Source: Lama glama
Taxonomy: Eukaryota
NCBI GenBank assembly: GCA_028534125.1
Contig: CM052818.1
Location: forward strand, 39,744,001 to 39,808,000
Direction of reading: 5' to 3'
DNA: 64,000 nucleotides
This document shows, piece after piece, positions 36,751 through 50,230 of this stretch. Position 1 is the first letter of the stretch, and each line of letters begins with the position of its first letter. A program made the translations under genes and the position numbers. The notes under the pieces are model-generated. The model worked only from the letters and a program-made list of their open reading frames with translations, did no database searches and had not been told where the DNA came from.

Positions 36751-38264
36751 TAGCTTGAAATATGTCAAGGACTCTCAATTTTCACAGGGCTCCACATGAA
36801 TCAACCTTGACTAGCTTTGTTGTTGCTGGGCTGTTCTGACATTTGCAAAAACTGCATTGGCTTAAAGGGAGCTAGGCATCCAGCTATGAGTGTCTCTCAA
36901 AACTAGCTGGGGAAGTGAGTCAGCAAAAGGCTGCACCAGCTATAGCTTTACTAGAAGTAATTCAAGGCTCATCATACAGAGTCGCTTAAGCCAGTAGCAA
37001 CAGCAACAATAGCAACAACTTGGAGTTGTGCTTTAGAGCCCTCACTCTGTGCTAAGCATTATGCTAAGTGTGTGTCATGGATGGTCTCATTTAATGCTCA
37101 CTACCCAATGAGGCCAGTATTGCTGTTACTTTAGGTGGAACATTTAGTGAGACCCTGATTTTTGCTCCTTTTTCAATGTAGGTATTATTTCAAGACTGCC
37201 AAAGAGCAATGATGTGAAACGATTTTTCAGAAGTATAGGGAATAAGAAAAGACCGCATTCCTCAAGGACTTCTGTGTGGATTGAGACTCACTCTTCCTAC
37301 TTCATTTCTTACTCGCGTCTTTTGGGAATACAGGTGCTGGGATGCTGCCCTGCCATTAATAGACCAGATGTGCCATCTTCAGGGCCCTTGTGTGGTTGTG
37401 GACGTAGCCTGTCCTTCTTGCTGTGGCCTATCTCCTCTTTGGCTCCCCTCTCTGGTGCCTGTGCCTCTCCTTGCCCCTTGCAGAGTGAAGGCCTTGCTCC
37501 ACTCGGAAGGAAGCAGAGTGCAAAGTGAGGTCACTGGTTCCTGCTAACGCTTAAGACCTTAACTTTCAGAAACATTTCAGAAATGTTTCCTAAACATTTA
37601 CAAGAAACAAGAGGTATTTTGATAGGCATATAAACTTTATTTAGTTTTAACAAATACTGAAGTTACTGGTTAACTATTCCGATAGGAATTACATGTTGTG
37701 CTATAAATTCAAAGGCCAAAATAGTTCAGATAGCTATGGCTCTAATTAAGATGTCAGTGCCTGGTGGAGCTCCGGGAAGGTAATAGTCCACAATCTGTGG
37801 TCTTTTTTTCAAAAATAGTGTAGGTACTCAAGTTTCATTTATTTAAAAGAGCCCTTTATGAAAACCTTAGAGAACTTTAGATTCATTAACAGCAACTGCA
37901 GCTTTCCATGAGTGGCAAATGGATCCACTGAAAGGGCCAGATGAACAAATCTGAATTGACCATGACCTCCAGGAATTAGGATTCTGTTTGAAACATGTCC
38001 GTGTAACAGTGTTTTTTACAAGAGCCTTAATCTTTTTCTCCTTGGGTAGAACTTCAGTACTCATTTTTTTCCTTTTTCTTTCTTACTACCCTTTTCTCCT
38101 AAGTTTATGTGCACACACAAGCAATCATACAATTTCATATTGTATTCCCAAAGTATAATTTTCTCTTTACCTATATTTCAACACACGTTTTTGTTTGCTT
38201 GTTTTTATCCTACAGTAATAATAATCATAATAATTAATGGAAGTGCATTAATAGGTATTATGCA

Positions 38265-38912
38265 TTTTCCCCAGCTTTATTGAGGTATTAATTGACAAAT
38301 AAAAGTGTTTATATTTAACGTGTACAATGTGATGCTTTGATATACATATACATTGTGAAATGATTCCCACATTCCAGCTAATTGACACATTCATCACCTC
38401 AGTTACCTTTTTGTTTCTTTGTTATAAGAACACTTAAGGTCTATGCTCTTAGCAGATTTCAAGTATGCAATGACTATAGTCATGCTGTACATTAGATCCC
38501 CAGAATTTACTCATCTGATAATTGAAAGTTTGTACCCTTTGACCAACATCTCCCCATTTACCTCCCCCCACCCTCTGGCAACCATCATCCCACTCTCAGC
38601 TTCTATGAGCTCGACTTTTTTAGATTTCACATGTAAGTGAGATCATATAGTGTTTGTTCTTCTGTGTCTGGCTTATTTCACTTAGTATGATGTACTCCAG
38701 TTTCACCCATGTTGTTGCAAACAGTAGAATTTCCTTCTTTTTATGGCTGAATAATATTCCATTGTGTGTGTAGTATATATAGATGTGCATTTTGTGTGTA
38801 TATATGTATGTTGTCACACATATGACATTTCATACAAATTACATTCTTTGTCCATTCATCTGTTGATGGATACTTGGATCATTTGCATATCTTGGCTTTT
38901 GTGAATAATGCT
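38265..38912 (-). mobile_element. LINE-1 (L1MA-type) 3' end
   Basis: CAGCTTTATTGAGGTA...CATTGTGAAATGAT...ATGCTGTACATTAGATCCCCAGAATTTACTCATC...TTTATGGCTGAATAATATTCCATTG; possible decayed TSD TATTATGCATT/TATTGTGTATT. Confidence 0.9.
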
Positions 38913-39534
38913 ATTGTGTATTAACATTCCTCCAAAAGACTGCCTTAGACTTTCCATCCCCTACTAACCCAGGAGCAACAAACCAGAAGATAAGTAAGAT
39001 ATTTAAGGAGGATTTTCTTTACTGACTTTCACTCTGAATTATTCAGAGATTAAAACAGTGAAAAGCATCAAGGAAATAGAGAAGCTCTGTGTGATTCTGG
39101 TTCCCCATTATGTAATCCTTAAGAAATCTTCAGGGATTGTTAGATGTTTGTTATGAAAACTGTGAAATAAGTATTATTTTAGCACCATTATTTTCTACTC
39201 TTCCTTCTTTTCTCCTTCTCTTTCCCTTTCCCTCTTCTTTCTCCTCCTCTACGTCATCATCATCATCATTCTTTAGTTAATTTATTTCAGATACAGCTAT
39301 CCCATTTTTTAAAGATTTATTTAGCAGACCTCTGACTGCAAAGGGTCTTGGGTGAGTCTCCCCAGAGTTGCAAATGTCTTTGTTCTTTCAGCACATTAGT
39401 ATCAGAAGTCTTTTTTGGTCCTTGCTATTGATCAAACACAGTTTCCAGCGCATTTCACAATTATCTGAAGCCCCTTCAAGTAAGGCTTACTATTCTCTTT
39501 TTTCGCATGTGTCTCCCTGCCCCAATTCCCGTTG

Positions 39535-39760
39535 GGTACCTGGATTTGAATCTCATCTCTGCTTATTAGGTATCTGAGCTTGGGCAAATCATTTCATCTT
39601 TCTGCACATCTATTTTCTTATCTATAAAATGGGGATAATAATACCGAGCTCATATGTTTGTGCTGATTAAGTGGGATAAATTTGATAGAAGAAAAGCTCA
39701 TTGTAAACTGTGAAGGTCTATTTAACATTTACATATAAATTATAATAGTAATAGTAATGA
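39535..39760. mobile_element. MIR SINE
   Basis: CCTGGATTTGAATCTCATCTCTGCTTATTAG...TTGGGCAAATCATTT...TCTATAAAATGGGGATAATAATA. Confidence 0.8.
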
Positions 39761-41119
39761 TTTAATTGGAAAAAAGTGGGGAGTAGAGTTGAAGACCACA
39801 GTTTTTTTGTTTTTTGTTTTTTGTTTTTACCATGACGTGGACTATTTTAAGTGGTATGGTACAGTTCAGTTAGACCACAATGTACATAACCATCTTCTAA
39901 ATTGGGTAATTAAATTGTTTCATACTATTTGGGCTTATAAAGAGCACTGCAGTTGCCACGCTTATGCATGAATTATTTCTCTCCGTTCCCGAGTATTGCT
40001 TTGGATTTCGGCTTCAGAAGGCCAGTCACTTTTCCCCAGGGCTGCTGTTGCTCTGGGCTTCTGTCGCTCTGGGCTCCTGTCTTGTCAGCGTTGCTGCTCA
40101 GCTTTTTGGAGCGTTCCTTTTCCCTTGTGTTCTGTCTGGATCCTAGAAGGGCCTCCAGGAAGCCCGGGGCAAGTTAGAGTTGCAAGAGGATGGGCTTTGT
40201 GGTTGTTTGTTGGATGCTGAAGCTGGACTAACAATGCCTCTTTGCTCTGGGGGATCTGGGTGTCGGGAAAGAGTAGGCTCTGCCTAGAGACAGGATGGAC
40301 ACCACAGGGAACAAGGAAAGAGGGCGTGTCAGATTGACCTCTGGGTACATGTTCCTGCCTAGAGCCCCTGTTGGGTCCCCAAAGCTCTCCCAGCTGGGCT
40401 TTATAGGATTACAACTGAATTAACAACTCAAGTCTTTGCCAGAGAGAGCAGTCTGTCGGCACACCCCTCCCCCACCTCCTCACTCCACGTTGTATCCAAA
40501 GTGAGGGGCGGGAACAGCATCCCTCCAGGCTGTTAGTAGCTCGGTCTTTGAGTGAATGGCCTGTGAAATGTTAGAGAAGACCTGAAACCCTCCTCCCTGG
40601 GTGGATATCACCTTCTTCCTTTGGATTTTGTGAAGAACCTGATCCTCTTTTCCTGGATGGAGCCAAATAAACGGGAGTCTCCGAGGAGGTTGATGGCTCA
40701 GCCATAGAAGTCCCCCAGCGCCGTCTGGTTTTGATGTATTGCTGATGGATACAATCATGCTCAGAGAACGAGATCACTTGTGCCAGTTTGAGAGAAAGGT
40801 CATGTTTTTAATTTAACTTAATTTCCTACACCAAAGAGAATTTTCAATAGGATATTCGACTTTTGCACCTTTAATGAGACCAGATGCCCTGGGGCTTGCA
40901 GCCATGAAGAGAAAACAGACTTTCCAGTTTACACTTTACTTCGCGCATTCTCTAAGGTGGGGATGTGCAGCCCCTTCAAGGGTGCCACTCGTCCGTCATT
41001 GGTGTATCTCTCTCTCTTTCCAATTTTTTCCTCTTTCTCCATTTCTCTCTGTCTTCCTTTTTCTCTTCCCATCTGCCCTTCCTTCCTTTCTCCCTTCTGT
41101 TCCTTCCCCTTCTTAGAGT

Positions 41120-41385
41120 TATCTTTGAGCACTTAGCACAGGCTAAGCAATATGCTTAGAGCTTTAGAAACATACTGAATTTCTATTTTACAGGTGGAGA
41201 AACTGAGGCTCAGCTAGGTTAAGTAAGGAGTATGGTATATACTGTGTAGTGGATTGATAGGCTGAATAACATAGTATACACTCGGGTTACTGAAACTGGA
41301 TCATCTGGGTTCAAGTCCAGGTTTGGCTATTTGTTTGTAGTTACCTGGAAAAATTGTTTTTAACCTTTTGACTACCAGTTTATGT
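41120..41385. mobile_element. MIR fragments, apparently in two orientations
   Basis: TTTTACAGGTGGAGAAACTGAGGCTCAG...GGTTAAGTAA, then CTGGGTTCAAGTCCAGGTTTGGC. Confidence 0.6.
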
Positions 41386-41409
41386 TGACTGTCTTAAAGT
41401 TTCAAGTTT

Positions 41410-42270
41410 AATTTTATTTTTAATGATGACAGCTAAATATACCCAAGGGCATATATTTAGTTTATAGGCTAATAAAACAAATGCCTGGATGCCTTTCAAC
41501 TAGATTAAGAAAGAGAGCATTGTCCATGCTTTTGAAGTCTTACATGAATTCCTCCCCTCTGCAGCTCATATCCTCACTAAGCCTCCAGAGCTAACCATTG
41601 GCTTGGATTTTGATTTTATGTTGCCTTTGTTTTTCTCTACATGTACCATATACACACACACATTCCATTCCTGAACAGTATAATGATTAGTGTTGCTTGT
41701 TTTGTACTTTATTAAATTGAGAAATACTGTAGTTTTCTTTGAGTTGCTTTTTATGCTTTTAACTGTATTTATGAAATTTAACCATGCAGGTATATTTCAT
41801 TTATCTTCAGTGCTAAATAGAATGCTATCATATGACTTCATCTCTATTTAGTCATTCTCTTCTCAACGGACACTTGGGTTGTGGCAGCTTTTTGATGTTA
41901 CAAGCAATTCTTTTATGCACGTGATTAGACTTTTCTCCGGGGACACATCTGCTAAAATTTCTTTAGGGTATATACCTAAGAATGGGATGGTCATAGTTAT
42001 GTATGTTCAACTTAATGCTCAGTTGCTTTCTGTATTTTTTGGTAACCGATTTACTGACTGGTAAAACAGAGAATTTCCATTTCTCTCCCTCTTCACAAAC
42101 ACTTGGCATTGTCAGATTGTAAACCTTTTGCCAGTATGCTGAGTGCAAAGTATATCTTACAGTGATTTTAAAAAGCAACTTTCATTTTCAGTGAAATTAA
42201 GCAAATTTACATGTATTTACAGTTATTTGCATTTACTGATAGGTGAAGTGCTTGTTTGTGTTTGTTTATT
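41410..42270 (-). mobile_element. Old LINE-1 (L1ME-type) 3' region
   Basis: ACTAGATTAAGAAAGAGAGCAT..., GGACACTTGGGTTG...TTACAAGCAAT..., TTTCTTTAGGGTATATACCTAAGAATGGGAT..., ACACTTGGCATTGTCAGA. Confidence 0.7.
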
Positions 42271-42999
42271 TGCTTTCTGCCCGTTTTCCTCTTCCAGTCT
42301 CATCTTCCTCACTTACCGGATGTGAGGACTATTCTGGAAGCCCTCTAATGGCCCTGCCTTTGCTGTTGCTCTCTGTTTTCACAAATTGTATTCTTCTCTT
42401 TGAAACATGCTTGTATGTTTTAGAGATGAGTGCCAGCTCGTGGCCCTGTCTCCTAGGTCAAGGGCAGTATAAAGTCTCTGATATAATAGCCCAAATTTCT
42501 TTTATTTGATTATTTTAAAATTCCCATTATAATGAAAAAGAAACTCTTTTTTCCCCTTGCCTATGTTCCCTTAAATGTTTTACAGTCGGGCACATATTTA
42601 TGACTGGCCAGAATCCAGATTTTTCTGTCGAAGACATAATGGGGATGCCTTTCTCTTCTTTTTTTCTACTGTTCCTCTGTGGGGTTAGGATCAAGACAAA
42701 TTTAAAGCCTGGTTGATAAATTCTTCCTGTTTCTATGAAGTTAAATACATGATCATAGTTTATTTTTAGAATAATTTATTACATGCCTCTACACTGCTCT
42801 GTTTTAACTCATGTTTTCCTTCAGATCAATGGTTTCAAAGCAACAACAAATCAAAATAAAACAGAATACCCCCAATTCAATGAACCAACTAAGCAACAGA
42901 AACTTAAACACAAACCACCACAAAAGAATGCCAACAAGCATTATCAAATCTAATACTACCCTTCAACTTAGATCTGGAACTACATAGGAGCAACTAGAA

Positions 43000-44820
43000 T
43001 TTCTGGCACAGTTGCCAATGTCTGCTCCTACTGCCCCTTATCTGTTACCGAATCAGGGATCTCTGAACCAATGCAGAAAAATGGGATGTCAGCAAGGTGA
43101 TTCAGTAGGAGGGTCCCTGCTTGTATCCCCCCCAACCCTGGGCAAAAATGATTTGGCCACCGTCAAAGGAAGAAGGATCTTTATGGAAACTTTGGGATCC
43201 AGGTAGTAGCTTGTGAAACCCCAATGGAGCTGAAGACCAAGGAGGGCTACTCTGAGAAGGCATAGCCCTATGGCTGGCTCACCAACCATGGTCCTAGTTA
43301 TAGACTTGAAAACAGCCTCATCCCGCTATGGACTTGGCTTCTGCCTCAATTATCCTTGGTCCTGCCAATGTCATCTACCAGCATCAACTACCTAGGGACC
43401 TGGGCAGAGACACACCCACCAGTGCCTTGAATAACAGGCCAGCTGACCTCAGTCCTGCCTGTGGACAATGAAGCAGCCCACGACCTGGCTCCAGCCCCTC
43501 TCAGCTGTGGTCTGGGGTCAGTCCTGCCCGCCCAGGGACTCAGTGGGAGACACACTCCTCTGTGTTCCTTAAAGTCAGGTCTGCTGACTTTAGTCTAACT
43601 GTGGATCCTGTAGTAGCCCTGTGACCTGGTTCCAATCTTGTTCAGAACAGTCAATGGGAACCTGGCCAGGAGGCATGCCTAACTGCATCCCTGGAGGCAG
43701 ACCTATAGATCTCGATCCCAGCTGTGGACCCTGATGTCATTCTGTGGCTTGGTTTGCGCTGTACCCAATCATAGTCTGGGGCCAGTTCTGCCCACCCAGG
43801 GACCCACCCTGAGATGTAGCAGGAGCCCTCCTGGGGACATGATGGGAATCATACATTTCTGTACACCTGGTAATGGGCCCACCATCTTAAGACCCAGCTG
43901 CAGACCCTGAAATGGACCCTGTCCCAGTGCCAGCCTACTGATCAGGGTCCTAGAGGCAGTCCTGTTTTCCTACAGACTGGGCAGGATCCACACCTGCCTA
44001 AGCTCCAAGTAACTAGTCTACCAACTGCAGACCACAGTGTGGATCCAGCAGCAGCCAAATGACCCAGCTCCAATCCTGCTCAACTGCAGTGCAATACACA
44101 GTCCCATCACCCAGAGGTCTGACAGGAGAAGATCGTTTTTGCCAAAGCCAGTGTGTGAAGACTGGAAGAGGTGTTTTGCACCTTCAAATGCACAAAGACA
44201 CGAATGCAAGGCAACATGGATCATGAAAAATCAGGTAAACATAACAGCATCAAAGGAAACTAATAAAGCTCCAGTAACTCACCCCAAAGAAATGGAAATC
44301 TACAAGTTGCCTGACAAAACATTAAAAATAATCATCTTAAAGAAGCTCAGTGAAGTGCAAGAGAATCGAGAAAACAATGTATGACCAAAATGAGAAATTC
44401 AATAAATAGAAACTGTAAAAGAGAATCAAACAGAAATCCTGAAGGTAAAGAATAAAATAACTAAACTGAAAAACTCAGTACCAAGCTTCAACCACAAACT
44501 GGATCATGCAAAATACAGAATTAGCTAACTTGATAACAAGTCGTTTGAAATAAGCATGGTGACTATAGTTAATAATACTCTACTGTATATGTGAAATTTG
44601 CTAAAAGAGTAGATGTTAAGTGTTCTCACCACGCATAAAACATGGTAAGGTATGTGAAATGATGAATGTGTTAATTAGTTTATTGGTGGTAATCGTGTCA
44701 CTATATATATTTATATATCAAACATCACATTGTACAACTTAAATATATATAATTTTTATTTATAAAATAAAATTATTTTATATACAACAATTCTATCTCA
44801 ATAAAGTTGGGGGAAAAAAA
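43000..44820 (+). mobile_element. LINE-1 with tandem-repeat 5' UTR and ORF1 N-terminus abutting an L1 3' terminus
   Basis: ORF 44037-44384 includes MKNQVNITASKETNKAPVTHPKEMEIYKLPDKTLKIIILKKLSEVQEN (L1 ORF1p N-terminus). At ~44553 the sequence switches to AGCATGGTGACTATAGTTAATAATAC...TCTCAATAAAGTTGGGGGAAAAAAA (L1 3' end). The left boundary is uncertain. Confidence 0.8.
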
Positions 44821-45502
44821 CAAGGAGACATGTGATGTAATGGAAATCAGAAGGTTCAGCCTTTGGCCACTTATTAAGTATCAGTTTTGCTCCTGTGTTA
44901 CTAGAAGCTCAGCTCAGCATAAAACTGCCACGTGGCTGTGCTGAGAACTTTTGCATTATAGGTATTGAGTAATGCCTGCTAGGGGGGCAGTCGGTGGTGG
45001 TTGTAGAAGCCTCTTGAAAGCATGTTGCCTTCGTGGCGTTTCCATCCTACGTCAGAGAGGTTTATGGTGTAGTGTCTTGCCTCTCCCTCTTATAGGTCCT
45101 GGAACAGAGCTCAGGGTCAAATCAGAAAATTGGAATCAATCTTCAAATGACTGGATTATTGAACTCTCTGTCCTGAGGAAGAAGGGGAAATACACTGGAA
45201 ACGGTGGCAGTATTTGTGAGGGTACTTGTCTTTCCTAGGGAGGTTAAAATGACTTTGGAAGTGGTAGCCTGTATTTGATTTCTACAGAGTTGACCAGGTT
45301 GGAGATGGGATGGGCAGGGAGTATGTGTGGGCTAGTTGAAGACAGTGAACTTAGAATACTTGAAGAGCACTCCCAGGTTTCTTTAAGTTCCTGGTTTAAA
45401 ATCCCTGAGAGCTTTGATGAGTCCTATCAAAGCTGGAAATAGAAGGGTTTGGAGGCCCAGGGCACTTCTTACCTGTCTACTATGCGTTTTGCTAAACAAA
45501 GG

Positions 45503-45958
45503 TGTATGAGTCTGGGTTCTCCAGAGAAACAGAACTAATGGGAGATGTGTGTGTGTGTATTCATATATAAAAAGAGATTTATAATAAGTAATTGGCTTAA
45601 ATGCCTGTGGAGGCTAAGTCCCAAGATATGCAGCCAGCAAGCTAGAGATTCAGGGCTACCTATGGTTTAAGTTCTAATCTGAGTCTGAGTCTGAAAGCAG
45701 CAGATACTGATGTTCCCGCTCAAAGACAGGCAGAGAGAGAATTATATCTTACTCTGCCTTTTTGCTCTAGTCAGGTCTTAAATAGATTGGATGAGACTCA
45801 GCCACACTGGGGAGGGCAATCTGCTTCACATAGTCCGCTGATTCAGATGTCCATCTCATCCAGAAATACCCTCACAGATGTATCTAGAGTAACGTTTTAA
45901 CCAAATATCTGGGCAACCTGTGTTGCAGTCAAGTTGGCATAAAACGTTAGCCATCACA
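45503..45958. mobile_element. ERVL solo LTR (MLT2 family) with an intact 5-bp target-site duplication
   Basis: TGTATGAGTCTGGGTTCTCCAGAGAAACAGAAC...GATTGGATGAGACTCAGCCACACTGGGGAGGGCAATCTGCTT...AGCCATCACA, flanked by AAAGG at 45498-45502 and 45959-45963. Confidence 0.9.
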
Positions 45959-46397
45959 AAAGGGTTCCAACACTTAGAAGGCGGGAAAAAGTGAAAATCC
46001 TCAGTTCATAGCATGATAAGGAGGTAGTGATAGCTGTGTGGATGTTCTGTAAATTGTGACAGAGGTCTTGTTGGCCAGTTTTCCCAACCACACAGCCATA
46101 GTTTATCCTCTTAATTGTTGAGAAGTCTTTGCATGGCATCCGATATTAACAAGGTCTAAGTGTTTTAAGGAAATATCCACATGCATAATCTCCGTGATTT
46201 TCAAAGACTTGGTATCAACTCTTCCCTTTGCTAGCTTTTACTACTACTCCAGTAAACCCTACCCCACTCCCAGCAAATGCCGTGACCTCTGGCAACACTG
46301 CACTGGCCAGTCTGCCCTTCTGCCTGTCTGCCCTGGTCCCCTGGAAAAATCAAGTTGGATTGTTTTAGGTAATTCATTTGTGTTTGTCTATATACTT

Positions 46398-46565
46398 GAT
46401 CATTGCTTCTTAAGGTTTAGTGAGTATTACCTGGAAAGCTTTCAATACACAAACTCCCGGGCCCTGGTCCCAGATAGTAGGTCAGGCGTGAGGGGTCAGA
46501 TAATTTACACTTCTAACAAGATATCAGGTTGCTAATTGAAGGACTTTAATTAGAGTAGTGCTGTT
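46398..46565. mobile_element. MER5-like DNA transposon relic
   Basis: ATTACCTGGAAAGCTTT...CCGGGCCC...CCCAGA...ACTTCTAACAAG...CAGGT. Confidence 0.45.
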
Positions 46566-48369
46566 CTGGATGGCACTTGCAAAACCAAGAGGATTTGTTT
46601 ACATTTAGTATAACATATGATAGCCTTTTCATTGACGTCTTATGGTTTCAAAATAAATATTTTATTATTTGAATCCTTTTGACCATTGGTTATTTCTCAC
46701 TAAGTTGTTGGCTCTTTGAGGCCCAACTTGTACTCAGATTTTGATTCATTGTAAAGGCAGTTCCCACCATGCTCAGCAAGTATATGTTGACTGAATGGAA
46801 TAGGAAGGAAGAAATGATCAGTTGATGGAGGTCCACAGTACTCAAGGCTCCATGCTTACCCCTCACACCCTTATGCCACATTTCATCCAAACGCTGGAAA
46901 TTGTGATCTCTCTCACTTCCTGCAGCAACTCACTGGCAGTCTTGAGACCACCCTGCCTCAGGCTGAGAAGTGAGAAATTCTGAAAGCAATCGAACACTGT
47001 AAATTTTCACAGCAGTTCGGCTGGAAGCTGTTGGGCACAGATGTTTCTGTAATTGTGATACGCTGGGAACATTCTCCGGGCTCCAAGCACACAGGGCCTC
47101 GGCTTCATTCTTCCACCTGGGTGCCTCAGTGGGCGAGTCTCACTGTATTGAGGCTGTAATGGGAACCAGGTGGCAGCATGTGTCTGCCTTAAAAGAACTG
47201 AGCAAGATTCATGTCCCAGTCCTGGTCACTCCTTCCTCTGGCCCCAACTCACTCCTCAGGGAGCTGGCTTTGGTGACGGCAGGTCTCTCTGCTTACTACA
47301 AAGTGGAGGGGTTCTCAGTCCTTGTCCAAGATGGGAATGGAATCTTGTGTTTGCTGTTGGGTGGAGCCATGGAGGCCTTCCAGCTGCTCTTTGATAGGCT
47401 GTAAGAAAAGAATCAGGAAAAGGCCTTGGTGGCAGGAAAGAATACAGCTCTTCCAAATGACCTCTTTGTGATCAGGATCCTTACCGTCATTTAAAAGTCC
47501 ATGGAAGGGTTTTGAAACTTGTGACATATTCCTTCCAAACTGAATTTACTTTTAGCATGTAGTATTCCTGCCTTTAATTAGAGATAGCCCCCCTTTGCTT
47601 TAGGGCTCTTCCTGCTTGGGGAAACATGAGGAAGACTATGAATAGCACAGGGGAAACATCTGCCACTGCTTGAAATGTACCCAACAAAACTGATAAAAGT
47701 TCAATGACCAGGGAACATTCTTCACAAATGTTCCCAGCTGGGATAACCTTAACCTGTGCATACTGTAGCCAAAGGTGTAAAGAGGACAGAGGATGAAGGA
47801 TGTAGAACTGGACACCTAGGAAGAGGAAACAGACATTTCTTGGGAGGACCACATGCAGTAGTTAGCCTCTTGCCCGGGTGACTCAGGCTAAGTGACTGTT
47901 CTTGTGCTTGTAACTGTCAGTGTTGCTGTGTAACAAATGTTCTTCCACTTCTTTTCACAGGACATTTTCTTAACACAGCTGTTGAAGGACTTGTTTTTAT
48001 ATACCCTCATATAACCTTTATGTCTTAATTTATTGCTGATGGGTAACATTATTTACACAACTGTTAAACAAAACAAATTTACACTTAACAGTATTCACAA
48101 ATCTTCTAAGAACCGAAAGACATATTTACTTCCAGTTGTAGCTTTTATGAAGAACATGTTCCATATTAAAGTAGAGTTAGATCTTTCTTCTTGGTTCCCA
48201 TTATTCACCATGTTGTTATTTCTTCAAAAAAAGTGACTTGTTCAGTTTTTTAAATCTATAATCTCTATGTAGCTAAAAGAAAAAAAAAAAAGATTCCAAG
48301 AAGGAGTATCTGCTATAACTGTAGCTCAGTGAGGTAACTGGTAAGATAAAGTTAAAAGAAGCTTCCATT

Positions 48370-50230
48370 AAGAAAGAAAAGAACAGACAAACTATTAGAA
48401 GTAATGAGAAAGTTCTGTAAGTTTTCTGTCAGATCAGCTTACATATATTTAACGTGATTTTTCATTAGTAATAATCAACTATCAACTAAAACATAGAAGA
48501 GAAGGTAACCTTCATAATGTCAATAAAGATGATAAGGTATCTAGGAGTTGGCTTAATCAAGAATACACAAGATCTCTATGGAAAAACATTAAATTTTATT
48601 GGAGTGCATAGAAAATGATTTATTGAAATGGAGAGATAGCCCTTGTTCTTGTATGGAATGAGTCAATCTTATCAAGTTGTTTTCTCCCCAAATTAATTTA
48701 CAAATTCAATACAGTTTCATTTAAAATTACAAGGTGATATTTTGAAGGAATTGATAAAAATATTCTAAGAATATATGGAAGAATTAAGGTCTATGAATAG
48801 CTAAGTGAATTTTAAAAAATTAAAGAGAATATTTTTCTTGCCAGAGAGTCATGTTACAAAGAGTAATATTTGTGTAAAAGAAAAAAATAATCCAATGAAA
48901 CAGAAGAGAGAACTTGGAGACAGACTGATATCTGTATATCTAAAACATCTACATTGATGTCATTTGTATCTATATGCATTATGTGGATATATCATCCATA
49001 TATGTACATATTATATATGCATATCTAGCTCTATGTATACTTATATCTACATCTGGGACTTTAACATTTCAGAAAACTGTCACAACAAATCAATGAAAGG
49101 AGGGAATAAATAATTTAATATTTGGATTTGGGAAAACTGCCTCACAATGTAAAGAAAAATAAAGCTAATAATATACAAAGATGAATTTCAGATGGATTAA
49201 AGACCTAGATGTGGAAGGAAATAAATACTACAATGCTAATTTAAGAAAATATAGGAGAATACTTTTAAGGCCCAGGAGGGAGGAAGAACTTCTTAAATGA
49301 ACCCATTAAAACATCATTGTAACTGACAGGACTTCAATTAAAACAAAAACAAAACACAGTGCATAAGGCAGAAAAATTGATGAATTTGATCATGTTAAAT
49401 TTAAGGACATATAAAGTTAATAACAGTTTAACAATCAGGGTAATATTCTTATAATGTCTAATATAGACAAGATATTAATATCTAGGACATAAAAACAACT
49501 CTTACAAAGCATTATACAAAAGAGGAGCTCCAGCAGAAAAATGGGCCAAGGTTATGAATAAACCAATTTACTAGAGTAAATGAAGAGAAACAAATTAAAT
49601 AATAAAATACAACTTCATATTTCTTATTCTGGCTAAAATGATGAAATTTGATAATGTCAAGTGTTAGGGACGGCAGGCGTATGGGGTAGGTCTCATGTTC
49701 TGCTTGGGGACTGCAGACTGGGGCAGACATTCTGGAGAGCAGTCTGGCAGTGTTTGGCTAAGTCAAGTGTGCTCATACTCTGTGACCCAGCACAAAAACG
49801 CTCACACACGTCCATAGGCGACCTGTATGAGGATGGGCTTGCAGCACTGTTTATGGTGGAAGGTGTTTGAGGCAACCCAGCGTCCATCCCCTGGGGAGTG
49901 GGTAGTTAAAATATGGGGCTGTTTATCATGGGGCACTATGCTGTAAGTTAGAAGCAACGGACTAAATATTGATGGACCTTAAAATATAGTGCATAATTAA
50001 AAATTGGGAAATTGAATGAGATTACACAAAACAATGCGTATTTTACAAGAACAGATATAAACAGAAAGATGTGGATTAAACACATGAGAATGCTTAGGGT
50101 TAGAGGGACAGTGAGTCTGAAATAGGCATTAAAGGGGAAAAATAATAAAAGGACAAGGTGTACAAAATAATGACAATAATGTGCCCTAAACTGAGAAGAG
50201 TGATTAATTTTAAAAGTTTTAATCTTAAAA
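48370..50230 (+). mobile_element. Old, highly diverged LINE-1 (L1ME-type) ORF2 3' region and 3' UTR
   Basis: A-rich sense strand with L1 motifs: TTCTCCCCAAATTAATTTACAAATTCAATACA, TTTCAGATGGATTAAAGACCTAGATGT, GAAAAATGGGCCAAGGTTATGAATAAACCAATT, TTGCAGCACTGTTTATGGT. Confidence 0.75.

Noticed and set aside
43290..44120. CRISPR-like or novel repeat-spacer array
   Set aside because: Units are degenerate over their whole length, there are no identical repeats with unique spacers, no cas genes, and the context is a mammalian L1 5' UTR.
44037..44384. ORF with real protein similarity
   Set aside because: A truncated L1 ORF1 N-terminal fragment, not a host gene.
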